Positions 52,639 to 62,914 of a DNA stretch of 64,000 nt are shown one piece after another. The stretch covers positions 248,001 to 312,000 of the forward strand of contig NZ_SBIV01000002.1 in NCBI RefSeq assembly GCF_004765795.1. The letters run 5' to 3'. The first letter of the stretch is position 1. Every line of letters begins with the position of its first letter. The DNA is from Halorussus marinus (lineage in GTDB: Archaea > Halobacteriota > Halobacteria > Halobacteriales > Haladaptataceae). Position numbers and translations under genes: made by a program. The notes beneath the pieces were generated by a model that saw nothing but the letters and a program-made list of their open reading frames with translations, was not told where the DNA came from and did no database searches.

Positions 52639-53001
52639 ATGACCGAAGACGACGACTCGCTGCAGACCCGAGTCGAGCGGTGGCTCACCGGCCAGATGCC
52701 CATCATCAGCATGCACGGGGGCGAGAGCGCGGTCCAGAAAGCCGATCCCGAGTCGGGCGAGGTCGTCGTCGAACTCGGCGGCGCGTGCTCGGGGTGTGCG
52801 ATCAGCCCGCGGACCGCCCAGAACATCAAACTCGATCTCGCGGCCGACTTCGAGGAGGTCGAGGACGTGACCGTCCGGGTCGCCGACGACGGCACCGGCG
52901 ACTGGGACATCGACCAGCCCGAGAGCGTGATGGGGATCGACCGCAACGAGGGCGGGCGCGGCGGTCGGGGCGAGGGCTCGCCGAGTAGCGACTTCATCTG
53001 A
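52639..53001 (+). CDS. NifU/Nfu-like Fe-S cluster carrier
   Basis: HGG...[10 protein letters not shown]. Confidence 0.88.
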   Translation: MTEDDDSLQTRVERWLTGQMPIISMHGGESAVQKADPESGEVVVELGGACSGCAISPRTAQNIKLDLAADFEEVEDVTVRVADDGTGDWDIDQPESVMGIDRNEGGRGGRGEGSPSSDFI

Positions 53002-53096
53002 GACGAGCGGTTGGGCTCGTTCGGGAACCTCGATCGAAAACACTGCACCCGGCTCTGCTCTCGTGGTGGCTCTGTCGAATCCGAGTGGCTCGCGTA

Positions 53097-53273
53097 TCAG
53101 GAGAAGTACTCTCCGGCGCGGCGAGCCGACTCTCTGAGGACCACGACGAGCGTGAGCAACACGCCGACGAAGAACAGCGGCACCAGCGAATCGTCCGCAG
53201 GCGCCGTGCCGATAACCGAGAGCTGGATGGCGATCGTCATCAGCAGAACGTCTTTCAGTCTGTCGTCTTTCAT
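53097..53273 (-). CDS. Small two-TM membrane protein (58 aa)
   Basis: Manual translation MKDDRLKDVLLMTIAIQLSVIGTAPADDSLVPLFFVGVLLTLVVVLRESARRAGEYFS. Confidence 0.55.
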   Translation of the reverse strand: MKDDRLKDVLLMTIAIQLSVIGTAPADDSLVPLFFVGVLLTLVVVLRESARRAGEYFS

Positions 53274-53446
53274 TACCGTCGAGAGACGCGATCGGCGTTT
53301 ACAGGCTTCGGTCGGCGTCGTCCAGCGACCGGCCAGTTCGAACCGGCACGTCGCTCCGGTCGTCGCGTGATCCGCTCGCTCGGGGTGGTTCGGTCACGTT
53401 GGGGAGCTAGGGGACCCAACCGAGCACGATCGGAAGACGCCGTTCG

Positions 53447-54856
53447 CTATTTCAGCGCCGACTCGACGCTCGCGGCCACGCTCCGGGCCTTCTCCGCGAG
53501 CGTCTCGGAGACGTCGCCGTCGGCGACCGCGTCGTCGAGTTCGTCGTCGTCGACCCGCCGGACCTCGCCGTCGGTCTGGCGCACCACGTCGACGTGGAGG
53601 TCGACGTACCGGGCGGCCCCGGGGAACAGCTCGACGGGCGTACAGACGTTGACGTAGGTGCCCTTCGAGTCGCCGTCCGCGCTCCGGTAGGCGGTCGGGT
53701 ACCACCACCGACCCTCGCGGAACTTCGTGATCGCCACGTCGCCGGGGTCGCGGGGCGTGCCGAGCGCGTCGTAGACCCCGCTGGCGCCAGATAGCTCCCG
53801 GCGGACCGTCACCTTCCCCTCGTCGGGGGTGCAGTCGGTGACCTCGCCGGTCCCGAGCGAGAAGCACCGGCCGTCGGGCTTGCCGTGGCGGATCTTCACC
53901 CGATCGCCCTCGGCCGGCCCGAACTGCCGGAGGGTCGCGCCGGTCGGGAACTCCCCGCCCACGCCGCCGATGTCCTCGACGAAGTCGACCGCCGCGCTGG
54001 CCGACTCCCGGGCGGCCTTGACGCGGTGGTGGCCGGGCATGGTGGTCGCGACCGCCCGCCGGTCGGCGTCGAAGTCGAACCGCGACTCGCGGCCGAACCA
54101 CGTCCACTCGGTCGCCGCGGGCGCCCCGAGCCTGCCCACGGCGCCCGACTCGGGGTCGGACGCCCCCGCGAGCGCGTCGTCGAGCGCCTCGGCGCGTTCG
54201 AGCGCCGCCGCGAGCGCCGCGTCCATCGCGTCGAGGTCGGCGTCGGCCGCGGCGTGCTCCCACCGGACGCCCCACTCGTCGGGCGGGTCGGTCGGGAGCA
54301 TCTCGGTAGTCCGGGCGAGTTCGGTCCGGGTCGCCTCGTCGCCGGCCGCGACCACGCTGTCGACGCCCCGCGAGAGCGAAGCGACGCCCCCGAACGTCCG
54401 GATCGTCGTCCCGAGCCCCGGTCGGTGGTCGGCCCACGGCGGAACGGGCTCGTGGACCTGCACGCGCACCCGGTCGCCCTCGTCGACCCGCCGGTCGACG
54501 TTGCCGTACGGGAGATAGCCCTCCCGCTCCCCGAGGTCGACGACCGCGCCGCCGCCGAGCGCGTCGGTCACCTCGCCGTCGAACACCGCGCCCCGCGGGG
54601 CGGGGTCGTCCCACCGAAAGGCGTCGCGGCCGTCCGAGATCGAGTCGGCGATCGCCGCGACCGTCTCCGGGTCGCCGACGACGCCGACACCTTGGCGGTC
54701 GTCGGTCGTCTCCACGTCGGCGTCGGCCGGCTCGGCCGGGAACGCGGCGTCGAATCGGTCGCGGATCGGCGGTGACGCCTGGACCACGTCGAACCCGTCC
54801 CGGAGGCGCTCGGTGAGCGCGGTGGCGTAGATGCCCCGAATGCGGACCCTGCTCAT
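53447..54856 (-). CDS. aubA: FAU-1 RNA-binding ribonuclease (DUF402 domain)
   Basis: RVRIRGIYATALT start, GHHRVK, YVNVCTPVE, YVDLHVDVV. Confidence 0.9.
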   Translation of the reverse strand: MSRVRIRGIYATALTERLRDGFDVVQASPPIRDRFDAAFPAEPADADVETTDDRQGVGVVGDPETVAAIADSISDGRDAFRWDDPAPRGAVFDGEVTDALGGGAVVDLGEREGYLPYGNVDRRVDEGDRVRVQVHEPVPPWADHRPGLGTTIRTFGGVASLSRGVDSVVAAGDEATRTELARTTEMLPTDPPDEWGVRWEHAAADADLDAMDAALAAALERAEALDDALAGASDPESGAVGRLGAPAATEWTWFGRESRFDFDADRRAVATTMPGHHRVKAARESASAAVDFVEDIGGVGGEFPTGATLRQFGPAEGDRVKIRHGKPDGRCFSLGTGEVTDCTPDEGKVTVRRELSGASGVYDALGTPRDPGDVAITKFREGRWWYPTAYRSADGDSKGTYVNVCTPVELFPGAARYVDLHVDVVRQTDGEVRRVDDDELDDAVADGDVSETLAEKARSVAASVESALK

Positions 54857-54968
54857 GGCCGAACGCTCGGGCGGGGCCACTATCGGTCTGACGATTCGGC
54901 GAGGGAGGTCACGCTGGCGGTCGCGGGCGTACAAAGAGTCGCGTCGGCGGCGAGTCGGTCCGACCCCG

Positions 54969-55118
54969 TCAGTCGTCGGCGGCGACGTTCCCGGTCCAGT
55001 TCGCCTCGGTGGCGGTCGCCTCGTGGTCGATTTCGGGGGTCGGTTCGTCGGGGGTCTCTGGCTCGTCGGTCGCGGTCTCTCGGTCGTTCGTCTCCTCGCC
55101 CGGCGGGGCTGTGTACAT
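54969..55118 (-). CDS. Small acidic protein (49 aa)
   Basis: MYTAPPGEETNDRETATDEPETPDEPTPEIDHEATATEANWTGNVAADD; GAGGT SD just upstream of ATG. Confidence 0.5.
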   Translation of the reverse strand: MYTAPPGEETNDRETATDEPETPDEPTPEIDHEATATEANWTGNVAADD

Positions 55119-55190
55119 GATACCTCGACTGTGACTTCGGTACGACATCGTTACCGATCGATGGCCGGTCCCGAGTGATAAGGCTCGCCC

Positions 55191-55207
55191 TACCATAATA
55201 TATGGTA
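55191..55207. promoter_or_regulatory. Palindrome TACCATA-ATA-TATGGTA
   Basis: Perfect 7-bp inverted repeat in an AT-rich divergent promoter region. Confidence 0.5.
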
Positions 55208-55281
55208 TATAGTCACGATCAAGGAATACTAGGCGTCCGCGGGGGCCAGATAATTACTGTTGGGTTACGAAACACCGCCCA

Positions 55282-56301
55282 ATGGGCTCAGAACGCGATC
55301 CGGTAGAAGAGGGCGCGACCGACTCCGCGGACCTCTACGACGTCGCTACGTGGGAGAATCGCAGTCGACTCGACTGGCTCTCGACGGGCGTCTACCGGGG
55401 GCTCCACGCGTCGACGCGGGTCGGTCTCGTCGTCGTCGCGCTCGTGATCCTCGGGGTCCAGTTCTACCTGACCGGGCTCGCGGCGGTCAGGGACCCGATC
55501 ATCGGGACGCTGGTCTTGCTGTCGGTGGTGCCGGCGTTCGCGCTGGCGGCCTACATCTGGTACGCGGACGTGACGACATCCGAACCGCTCGCGCTGCTAG
55601 TCGGGACGTTCCTGCTCGGCGTGCTGTTCGCGGGGTTCGCGGCCATCGTCAACACCATCGCGAGCGTCGTGACGGTCGTGCCGGTCGTCGGGATGGCGCT
55701 TTTTTTCTACCTCGTCGTCGGGCCGGTCGAGGAGACGGTGAAGTGGCTCGCGATCCGGCTCTACGCGTTCCGGGACGACCGCTTCGACGCGGTCATCGAC
55801 GGTGCTGTGTACGGCGCGATGGCGGGGCTGGGCTTCGCGACCATCGAGAACGCCATCTACATCACACAGGGCATCGGACAGACCTCGACCATCGGCTCGC
55901 AGGCCATCGCGGGCGCGACCCAGACCGCCGCGAGCCGACTGCTAGCCGGGCCGGGCCACGTCATCTACTCGGCGTTCGCGGGCTACTACCTCGGGCTGGC
56001 GAAGTTCAACCGCGAGAACGCCGGCCCCATCGTGGTGAAGGGGCTGCTCATCGCGACGTTCATCCACGCGACGTACAACACCGCGGTGACCTACCTCCCC
56101 GCGATCGTCGATCTCGCGGGCCTCGAAATCTCGACCGGGCTCGCGTTTCTCGGGTTCATCGCGGTCTACGACGGCGTGTTCGGCTACCTCCTCTACCGGA
56201 AGATCGCGCGCTACCGGAGCGCGTACAAGCAGACGGACATGGGCCGGCGGGTCAGCTTCGAGGACGCCGACGCCGAGTCGGTCGAGCGCGAGTCGGAGTG
56301 A
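55282..56301 (+). CDS. PrsW-family intramembrane metalloprotease
   Basis: GPVEETVK, GLGFATIEN, GH..YS, HATYN. Confidence 0.92.
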   Translation: MGSERDPVEEGATDSADLYDVATWENRSRLDWLSTGVYRGLHASTRVGLVVVALVILGVQFYLTGLAAVRDPIIGTLVLLSVVPAFALAAYIWYADVTTSEPLALLVGTFLLGVLFAGFAAIVNTIASVVTVVPVVGMALFFYLVVGPVEETVKWLAIRLYAFRDDRFDAVIDGAVYGAMAGLGFATIENAIYITQGIGQTSTIGSQAIAGATQTAASRLLAGPGHVIYSAFAGYYLGLAKFNRENAGPIVVKGLLIATFIHATYNTAVTYLPAIVDLAGLEISTGLAFLGFIAVYDGVFGYLLYRKIARYRSAYKQTDMGRRVSFEDADAESVERESE

Positions 56302-56308
56302 GGCCCGA

Positions 56309-56911
56309 TCAGTCGCCGAGCCCCGAGTCCGCGAGGAGTCGCTCGGCGTACTTCGCGATCACGTCGACTTCGAGGTGGACCGGGTCGCCCGGCTCTTTCT
56401 CCGAGAGGTTCGTCACCGCGCGGGTCTCGGGGATGATCGCGACCGAGAACGACTCCTCGTCGCGGTCGGCCACCGTGAGGCTGATCCCGTCGACCGCGAC
56501 CGACCCCTTGTCGACGACGTACTTGCCCAGATCGGCGGGGAGGTCGAACTCGTACTCCCAGTCTTCGCCGACCTGTCTGACCGCCCCGACGGTCGCGGTC
56601 CCGTCGACGTGTCCCTGTACGACGTGGCCGTCGAACCGCCCGTCGGCGGGCATCGCGCGTTCGAGGTTCACCGGGTCGCCGGCCTCGACCGCGCCCAGAT
56701 ACGTCTTCTCGACCGTCTCGCTCGCCAGAAACACCTCGAACCACCCGGGCTCGTGGTCCTCGACGGTGAGACAGACCCCGCTGACGCTCACGCTTTGCCC
56801 TCGCTGTAGGTCGGCCGCGACGGTCTCGCCCGCGATCCGGAGCCGACGGCCCTCCTCTGTCACGGTGACCTCACGCACCTCGCCCGACCCCTCAACGATT
56901 CCGGTAAACAT
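56309..56911 (-). CDS. ribE: Riboflavin synthase (bacterial alpha-chain type)
   Basis: MFTGIV start, GVCLTV, VNLERA, GHVVQGHVD, KGSVAVDGISLT. Confidence 0.95.
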   Translation of the reverse strand: MFTGIVEGSGEVREVTVTEEGRRLRIAGETVAADLQRGQSVSVSGVCLTVEDHEPGWFEVFLASETVEKTYLGAVEAGDPVNLERAMPADGRFDGHVVQGHVDGTATVGAVRQVGEDWEYEFDLPADLGKYVVDKGSVAVDGISLTVADRDEESFSVAIIPETRAVTNLSEKEPGDPVHLEVDVIAKYAERLLADSGLGD

Positions 56912-57072
56912 ACCAGATTCGTGGCGGCGAGCGGATGAAAAGGGTTCCGGAGTCCGGCGGCGTGACGGCCCGGTCGCAGGCGCGAAGCCGAGGGTGGCGC
57001 TGGCGGCCGACGTCCCGCCAGGGGCGCCCGCGAGCCGCGGGTTTTTATCGGCCCGCGAGCAAGGAGGTGGTG

Positions 57073-57318
57073 ATGAGCAAACCGGGTATCATCGCCACGA
57101 TACAGCTCGCGGGGACGCTCGTGTTGGCCCTCCCGGTGGGGCTGCTCGGCGTCGAGAAGCTGTTGGCGGGCCAGACGGCCGTCGGCGCGGCGTTCGTCGG
57201 CGTCGCGGCCCTGATGGTCGCGCTGGAGGAGTATCTGACGACCCCCGGCGACGTGCCGGGGTCGGTCGCTCAGAAGACGCTCGGAAAAGTCGCGAAGACG
57301 CCCGACGACGAGGAGTGA
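57073..57318 (+). CDS. Small membrane protein, haloarchaeal conserved
   Basis: GGAGGTG SD; two hydrophobic helices; EYLTTPGD motif. Confidence 0.7.
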   Translation: MSKPGIIATIQLAGTLVLALPVGLLGVEKLLAGQTAVGAAFVGVAALMVALEEYLTTPGDVPGSVAQKTLGKVAKTPDDEE

Positions 57319-57347
57319 CCCCCTGTCGGTGCGAAGCGCTCCGAAAC

Positions 57348-58001
57348 CTACCCCCGCATGAGGTTCAACACCTCGTCGACGACCTCGGGTTCGACCGCGA
57401 CGACGTAGCTCTTGCCCGGCGTGAGCGTCGTGTCCGAGCGAGCGACTCGCTCGCCGTCCTCGTCGGAGATGACCAGCGTCCCGGCCGGGAACCGAACTTC
57501 GCTGAGGTCCTTTCGGGCGGCCGGGGCGTCTTCCTCGACGCGAATCTGCATGATGTCGAGCGACGCGGTCACGTCGACGAGCGTCCGAATGTCGCTCCCG
57601 GTGATCTCGTCGGCGGCCACTTTCGCGCCGGCCCGTTCGGGAAAGACCACGGCGTCGACGAACCGCGTGTAGGCGTCACCCGCCTCGCGTTCGACCCGCG
57701 CGACGGTTCGGACGTCCGGGTTCATCTCCGTCGCCGCCATACAGACCGCGAGGTTGAGCCCGGTCAGGCCGGTGAGTCCGGCGACGACGTCGGCGCCCGC
57801 GACGTCTGCCTGTTCGAGGATAGTGGGATCGGTCGCGTCCCCCGCGATGACCGTCGCGACCCACGCATCCGCGAGGTCCTCGACGGTGTCTCCGTCGCGT
57901 TCGATTATCGTCACGTTATCGCCGCGGTTAGCCAGAAGGGCCGCTGTCTGGAAGCCAACGCGTCCGCCGCCCGCGATGATGACGTCGAGATTTCCTGTCA
58001 T
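57348..58001 (-). CDS. TrkA-family RCK (NAD-binding) regulatory protein
   Basis: IAGGGRVG, GDATDP, TrkA-C-like C-terminus. Confidence 0.9.
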   Translation of the reverse strand: MTGNLDVIIAGGGRVGFQTAALLANRGDNVTIIERDGDTVEDLADAWVATVIAGDATDPTILEQADVAGADVVAGLTGLTGLNLAVCMAATEMNPDVRTVARVEREAGDAYTRFVDAVVFPERAGAKVAADEITGSDIRTLVDVTASLDIMQIRVEEDAPAARKDLSEVRFPAGTLVISDEDGERVARSDTTLTPGKSYVVAVEPEVVDEVLNLMRG

Positions 58002-58003
58002 TA

Positions 58004-59458
58004 TCAATCACGTTCTTGGGAGGTCATCGTGGTCGAAGTCGGTTCGGTATCGGCGCCCTGCATCGCACGAACCCGGTCGAGCGCCACGTACGCGACGCCG
58101 CCGAGCAGCATCCACCCGACGCTGAGAACGAGCGCCATCGGGTCCGTCCGCACGAGGAACACCACGAGCACGACGGTCAACAGCAGATTGAGTCCGATGC
58201 CCATGAGTGGCGGGATCGGGTAGTACGGAACCTCGTAGGGGCGGTTCATCGACGGTCGTTCTCGGCGGAGTTTGATCACGGCGCCGTTGACGACGATAAA
58301 CGAGAGCAGGAAAAAGAGGCTCGACATGTTTCCCGCGCTCTGAGTCGGCAGAGCCACCGATCCGAGCATCACGACCCCGCTCGCGAGAATCGCCACGAAG
58401 GGCGTCCCGTAGCGGTGGTGGAGCTGGCCGAACCTCGGGAGGAGCTGTCCCTCCCGGCCCATCGAGAACGCCACCCGCGAGGAGGCGATCACCACGGCGT
58501 TCAGCGCGGTCAGCGTCGAGAAGACCGCGCCGAAGACGATCAGTGCACCGCCGTTCTGGATGATCGGCAGACCGGTCGGCATGAACTCCGTGGCGGCCTC
58601 GGCGATGCCGGCCTCGCCGGCTTCGGCGAGCCCCTGAGCGCCCAGCGTCCCGATGGCGACCGTGACCACCGTCACGTAGACGAGGATCGTCACGGCCAAG
58701 CTGGCGAAGATGGCCTTCGGGATGTTCTGGCGGGGGTTCTCGACCTCCTCGGTCACCGTCGTGATGAGGTCGTACCCCTCGAAGGCGATGAACGTGAGCC
58801 CCATCGCGGGCAGGACGGCGCTCGGTCCCGACCCGGCGGAGAAAAGCGGCTGGAACTCCGCGCCCGAGAACATCGGCGAGGTCGCACCGAAGGCCACGAA
58901 GACGACGAGGATGCTGACCTTCGTGGCGGTGAAGATGGTCTCGACACTGCCGCTGGCGGCGGTCGACGCGGCGTTCAGCGCCACGAGTAACAGGACCGCC
59001 CCGAACGCGAGACCGAAGCCCGCCGAAACGCCGGCGTCGACGACGGGAACTGCGATCGACCCGATCTGTTCTGGCGGGGGCACGAGCTCGTAGACGTGGA
59101 GCAGTTCGAGGAAGTTCGGCGCGAACCCCAGCGCGTACAGCGCGCCGGCGATCATGTAGGCGAACCAGAGCATCCACCCCATCAGAAACGAGGGGAGGTC
59201 GTCGAAGATCTCGCGGACGAACGCGTACCCGCCGCCGCTCTTCGGGATCGCCGACGCGAGCTCCGCGTACGAGAGTCCGGTGAACGCGGTCACGACCCCG
59301 TTGAGCACGAACACGAGCAGCGCCGCCGGCCCGGCTATCTCGGCGGCCAGGCCGGTCAACACGAAGATACCGGCGCCGATCATGGCGCCCATCCCGATCA
59401 TCGTCGCGTCGAGGAGCCCGAGTTCCGCCTCGGGCGAGCGGTTATCGTGACCGCTCAT
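58004..59458 (-). CDS. APC-family amino acid permease
   Basis: GAMIGAGIF, YAELASAIPKSGGGY, FIAFEGYD, EEVENPRQNIPKA. Confidence 0.93.
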   Translation of the reverse strand: MSGHDNRSPEAELGLLDATMIGMGAMIGAGIFVLTGLAAEIAGPAALLVFVLNGVVTAFTGLSYAELASAIPKSGGGYAFVREIFDDLPSFLMGWMLWFAYMIAGALYALGFAPNFLELLHVYELVPPPEQIGSIAVPVVDAGVSAGFGLAFGAVLLLVALNAASTAASGSVETIFTATKVSILVVFVAFGATSPMFSGAEFQPLFSAGSGPSAVLPAMGLTFIAFEGYDLITTVTEEVENPRQNIPKAIFASLAVTILVYVTVVTVAIGTLGAQGLAEAGEAGIAEAATEFMPTGLPIIQNGGALIVFGAVFSTLTALNAVVIASSRVAFSMGREGQLLPRFGQLHHRYGTPFVAILASGVVMLGSVALPTQSAGNMSSLFFLLSFIVVNGAVIKLRRERPSMNRPYEVPYYPIPPLMGIGLNLLLTVVLVVFLVRTDPMALVLSVGWMLLGGVAYVALDRVRAMQGADTEPTSTTMTSQERD

Positions 59459-59769
59459 CGGTCACCCCTCGATCGGCGACGTGTCGGGGCGTTCTCGTCG
59501 CGGGTGGTCCTCTCGCCGAGCCCCGTATCCGAGACGTGTGTGTTCTCCGTACCCGATCGAGGGGCTGAATCCGCGGGCGATCGTCCCGAACTGGAAACGC
59601 CACCGGCGGTACGAACCCATCGCCGTAAACACGATACAGTCACGCTTCGTACCGAAGCCTGAGGCGAACTCTAATAAAAGCACTCGACTGCCGCTCTCGG
59701 CGCGTCGGACGCGGGAGGCGAGCGCTCGCGCGCGAGCGCCCCGTCTCACCGACCGTCTCGGTCGAAGAC

Positions 59770-61605
59770 TCAGTCTTGGGCGGGCGGGTCTTCCATCTCG
59801 TTCAGCACCTCCTCGACGGTCTTCTCGTTGCGCTCGTTGTACAGCAGTACGTCGATCGGAAGGGTCGGCGCGCCGCTGACGAGGTTCTCCATCACGACGA
59901 GGCGCTCGCGGGCCCGAGACATCCCGACGTAGAACACCCGCCGCTCGTTGTCGGTCAGCGTCGGCACGGGGTCGGTCGTCGAGGTGAACTCGATGTCGTC
60001 GGGCACCTCCGCCTCGTCGACGGTGGCGGCCATCTGCTCGACGACCTTCTCGGTCAGATCGGTGGCGACGAAGACGTGGTCGGCCTCCCGACCCTTCGCG
60101 GAGTGGATGGTGCCCACGCGGACCCGGTCTTCGGGCACGTCCTCGTAGTCGCCGCCGAAGTAGCCCCGCATCGAGTTCTTCTGGAAGCTGGTGACTTTCC
60201 GTACCATGTCGGCGGCCGCGGCCGGGGCGGGCATGAACGGCGCGTACTCGGTCACGAAGTCGGGATCGAGTTCGATCTCCTCGAGGTCGTCGGTGTCGGC
60301 GGCCTCCTTGCGCTCGTCGATCGCGTCGAACAGTTCGTCGCGCTCGTTGCTCCCGAACGCCGAGTCCTGAAGCATGTCGGCGAGCCGGCGGGCCTGCAGA
60401 CCCGTGATCGGCTCGTCGGCCTCGACGTTCTCGACCGCCCGGACGTACTGGGTGAGCCGGTCGGTCCACATCCGCTGGTCGGTCAGACACCGGAACGGGA
60501 TGCCCTCGTCGATGAACTCGTCGATGAACCGGAACATCTGGTAGCGCGCCCGGAACAGCAACATCAGGGTCCCGTCGTGTTCCTCGACGGTGTACCGGAC
60601 GTTGCGCACCAGATCGAGCATCGAGGGGCTGTCGATCTGCTCGACGGTGCCGCCCTGCTTGCGGGGCGAGAGGTTCTTCTCCTGGCGGTGGTCGATGTGG
60701 CTGACCTCCTGCTGGACGACCTCCAGAATCTCGGAGGGCAGTCGGTAGGAGGTGTCGAGGATGACGTCGTTGCCCCCCTCGTCGAGCAGCAGGCCGGGGT
60801 CGGCGCCCTGCCAGGCGTAGACGACCTGGTCGTCGTCGCCCGCGATCAACACCTGCTCCATGTGGGGCTTCCACTCCTCGTAGACGTCGTACTGGAGGCT
60901 GGTGATGTCCTGGAACTCGTCGATCACCAGATAGTCGACGTTCGGGAGCAGCGAGCGCTGTTGGACCCGTTCGAGCATGTCCGCGAACCCGACGAGGTCG
61001 TGTTCGCCCTTGTAGTTGCGCCACCCGCGGATGGCCTCGGGCACGTCGAGGCGGTCGTCGTCGCTCGGCCACGTCGGCGTGTACTTGTTGCCCTCCTGGG
61101 CGTTGGGGTCGATGTCCGGCGGGAGCCGGACCTCCTCGTCGTTCCACTGGAAGGGGACGTCGTACCAGTCCGAGACGTCCCGACTGGTGCGCTGGAGCCA
61201 CTGGCTGGTGGCGATGATCTTGTTACCGAGTGTGGTCGAGCGGGCGGTCCGCCGGCCCGCGCCGCTGTACTCGTCTTCGAACTCGATGCCGTAGTCCTCG
61301 CAGTACTCTTTCTTGTCGGACTCGTCGACGACGTCGTTGCGCGAGAGGTCGAGCAGTTCGTAGGCCTTCGCGTGCATCGTACAGACGGTCCCCTGGAGCG
61401 ACCGGGGGTTGATGTCCCGGCGCTCGGCGAGTCGCTCGCGGACCTCGTTGGCGGCCGCGCGAGTGTACGAGACCAGCAGAATATCGTTGACGCCGACGTC
61501 CTCGCGGTCGAGGATGTCCTCGACCCGGTCGAGGAGTTCGGTCGTCTTCCCGCTCCCCGGGCCGCCGAAGAGACGGGTGACGTGGTCCTCCGTGTCGTGG
61601 CTCAT
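59770..61605 (-). CDS. UvrD/Rep-family SF1 DNA helicase
   Basis: GGPGSGKTT, IDEFQD, GDDDQVVY, TIHSAKGRE, ERRVFYVGMSRA. Confidence 0.92.
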   Translation of the reverse strand: MSHDTEDHVTRLFGGPGSGKTTELLDRVEDILDREDVGVNDILLVSYTRAAANEVRERLAERRDINPRSLQGTVCTMHAKAYELLDLSRNDVVDESDKKEYCEDYGIEFEDEYSGAGRRTARSTTLGNKIIATSQWLQRTSRDVSDWYDVPFQWNDEEVRLPPDIDPNAQEGNKYTPTWPSDDDRLDVPEAIRGWRNYKGEHDLVGFADMLERVQQRSLLPNVDYLVIDEFQDITSLQYDVYEEWKPHMEQVLIAGDDDQVVYAWQGADPGLLLDEGGNDVILDTSYRLPSEILEVVQQEVSHIDHRQEKNLSPRKQGGTVEQIDSPSMLDLVRNVRYTVEEHDGTLMLLFRARYQMFRFIDEFIDEGIPFRCLTDQRMWTDRLTQYVRAVENVEADEPITGLQARRLADMLQDSAFGSNERDELFDAIDERKEAADTDDLEEIELDPDFVTEYAPFMPAPAAAADMVRKVTSFQKNSMRGYFGGDYEDVPEDRVRVGTIHSAKGREADHVFVATDLTEKVVEQMAATVDEAEVPDDIEFTSTTDPVPTLTDNERRVFYVGMSRARERLVVMENLVSGAPTLPIDVLLYNERNEKTVEEVLNEMEDPPAQD

Positions 61606-61727
61606 TACAGGAATCCCATGGGCCCCGCACTCATAAAGGGAGGTGAATCGGCGCCGCGGACGTCGGCCCGCGAGCGCCCGGCTCGCCGGACGGGCCAGTC
61701 TACAGGGAGAGCGGCCGAAACCGGCGT

Positions 61728-61889
61728 TCAAGAGGGGTTGCGCGGCGACCTCGCCTCGCGGACCTCGCTGCCGTCTCGGATCTTGTCCTCGCACTCCGGA
61801 CACACTCGTGGCTCGTCGACGCCGCGTGGCGTGAACACCCGCGCGTAGGCGTCAGTGACGAACGAGCCGCAGTTCTGACACTCGGGCAT
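61728..61889 (-). CDS. CxxC zinc-finger micro-protein (53 aa, below ORF-track cutoff)
   Basis: Manual translation MPECQNCGSFVTDAYARVFTPRGVDEPRVCPECEDKIRDGSEVREARSPRNPS; GGAG SD upstream. Confidence 0.85.
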   Translation of the reverse strand: MPECQNCGSFVTDAYARVFTPRGVDEPRVCPECEDKIRDGSEVREARSPRNPS

Positions 61890-62016
61890 TTCTCCTGTGG
61901 AGGTACGGAAATCTTACAATATATTTCTGTCGACACTCGTTCGATTCGGATACGTTCGCTGTTCAGTTTTGTCGCGACCCGCCATTATAAGCCGGCGGAG
62001 ACCCCAGAGGCCGACG

Positions 62017-62907
62017 ATGACTCCCGCTCCGGACGTGATCGCGCTCGCGCTGGTACCGGCGGTGTTGTGGGGGTTCAGTCCGATCGTCTCCAAGCGCGGC
62101 ATGGCGGCCGGAGGCTCCTCGCTCCAGGCGTCGCTGGTGGTCGTCGCGGTCGATACCGCCATCTACTGGGTCGCGTTGCTCGCGCTTACCGGCGGCCGGC
62201 CCGCGGCCGGCCTCTCGGCGGCGACGGTGGGCGTGTTCGCCGCGGCCGGGCTGGTCGGGACCGCGCTCGGACGGCTCGCGACGTTCACGGGCGTCGACAA
62301 GGTCGGAGCGAGCGTCAACAGCGCGGGCATCAGCGCCCGGCCGCTGTTCGCGACCGTGCTCGCGTTCGCGTGGCTCGGCGAGCCCGTGACGCTCCCGACC
62401 GCGCTCGGCATCCTCGTGCTGGTCGCGGGGCTGGTCTCGCTCGCGCTCGCGGAGGGCGGGGACATCGGCGGCTGGGAGCGCCGCGAACTCCTCTACCCGG
62501 TGGCGGCCGCCGGGCTGTTCGCGTTCGGGAACGTCGTCCGGCGGTTCGGGCTGACGACGACGCCGGCGACCACCCTGCAGGCGGTCACGATCAACGAGAC
62601 CGCGGCGCTGATCGGACTCGCGGCCTACGGTCTCGCGAAGGGCCGCCGGGACGTCTTCGGCGCGCCGCGCCGGACCTACGGCTACTTCGCGATCAGCGGG
62701 ACCGTCACCGCGGTCGCGTTGCTCTCGCTGTTCGAGGCGTTCGACCGCGGGCCGGTCGCGATCGTCGACCCGCTGGCCGGGACCGCGCCCCTGTTCACCA
62801 CCGTGTTCGCGGCGTTCCTGCTACGAGACCTAGAGCGGGTCACCCGCGGCGTGGTGGCGGGCGCGGTGCTGATCGTCGTGGGCGCTGGACTGATAACCGC
62901 GCTGTAG
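62017..62907 (+). CDS. EamA/DMT family transporter
   Basis: About 10 TM helices in two repeats; PLFATVLA..WLGE, PLFTTVFA..LLRDLE. Confidence 0.88.
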   Translation: MTPAPDVIALALVPAVLWGFSPIVSKRGMAAGGSSLQASLVVVAVDTAIYWVALLALTGGRPAAGLSAATVGVFAAAGLVGTALGRLATFTGVDKVGASVNSAGISARPLFATVLAFAWLGEPVTLPTALGILVLVAGLVSLALAEGGDIGGWERRELLYPVAAAGLFAFGNVVRRFGLTTTPATTLQAVTINETAALIGLAAYGLAKGRRDVFGAPRRTYGYFAISGTVTAVALLSLFEAFDRGPVAIVDPLAGTAPLFTTVFAAFLLRDLERVTRGVVAGAVLIVVGAGLITAL

Positions 62908-62914
62908 CGACCGC

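Noticed and set aside
56912..57072. FMN riboswitch upstream of riboflavin synthase
   Set aside because: No RFN consensus is visible. A TATA-like tract about 25 nt upstream suggests a leaderless mRNA.
59690..59770. GC palindrome GCGCTCGCGCGCGAGCGC downstream of the helicase
   Set aside because: This is low-complexity GC sequence. It cannot be distinguished from a terminator or chance without a genome-wide search.
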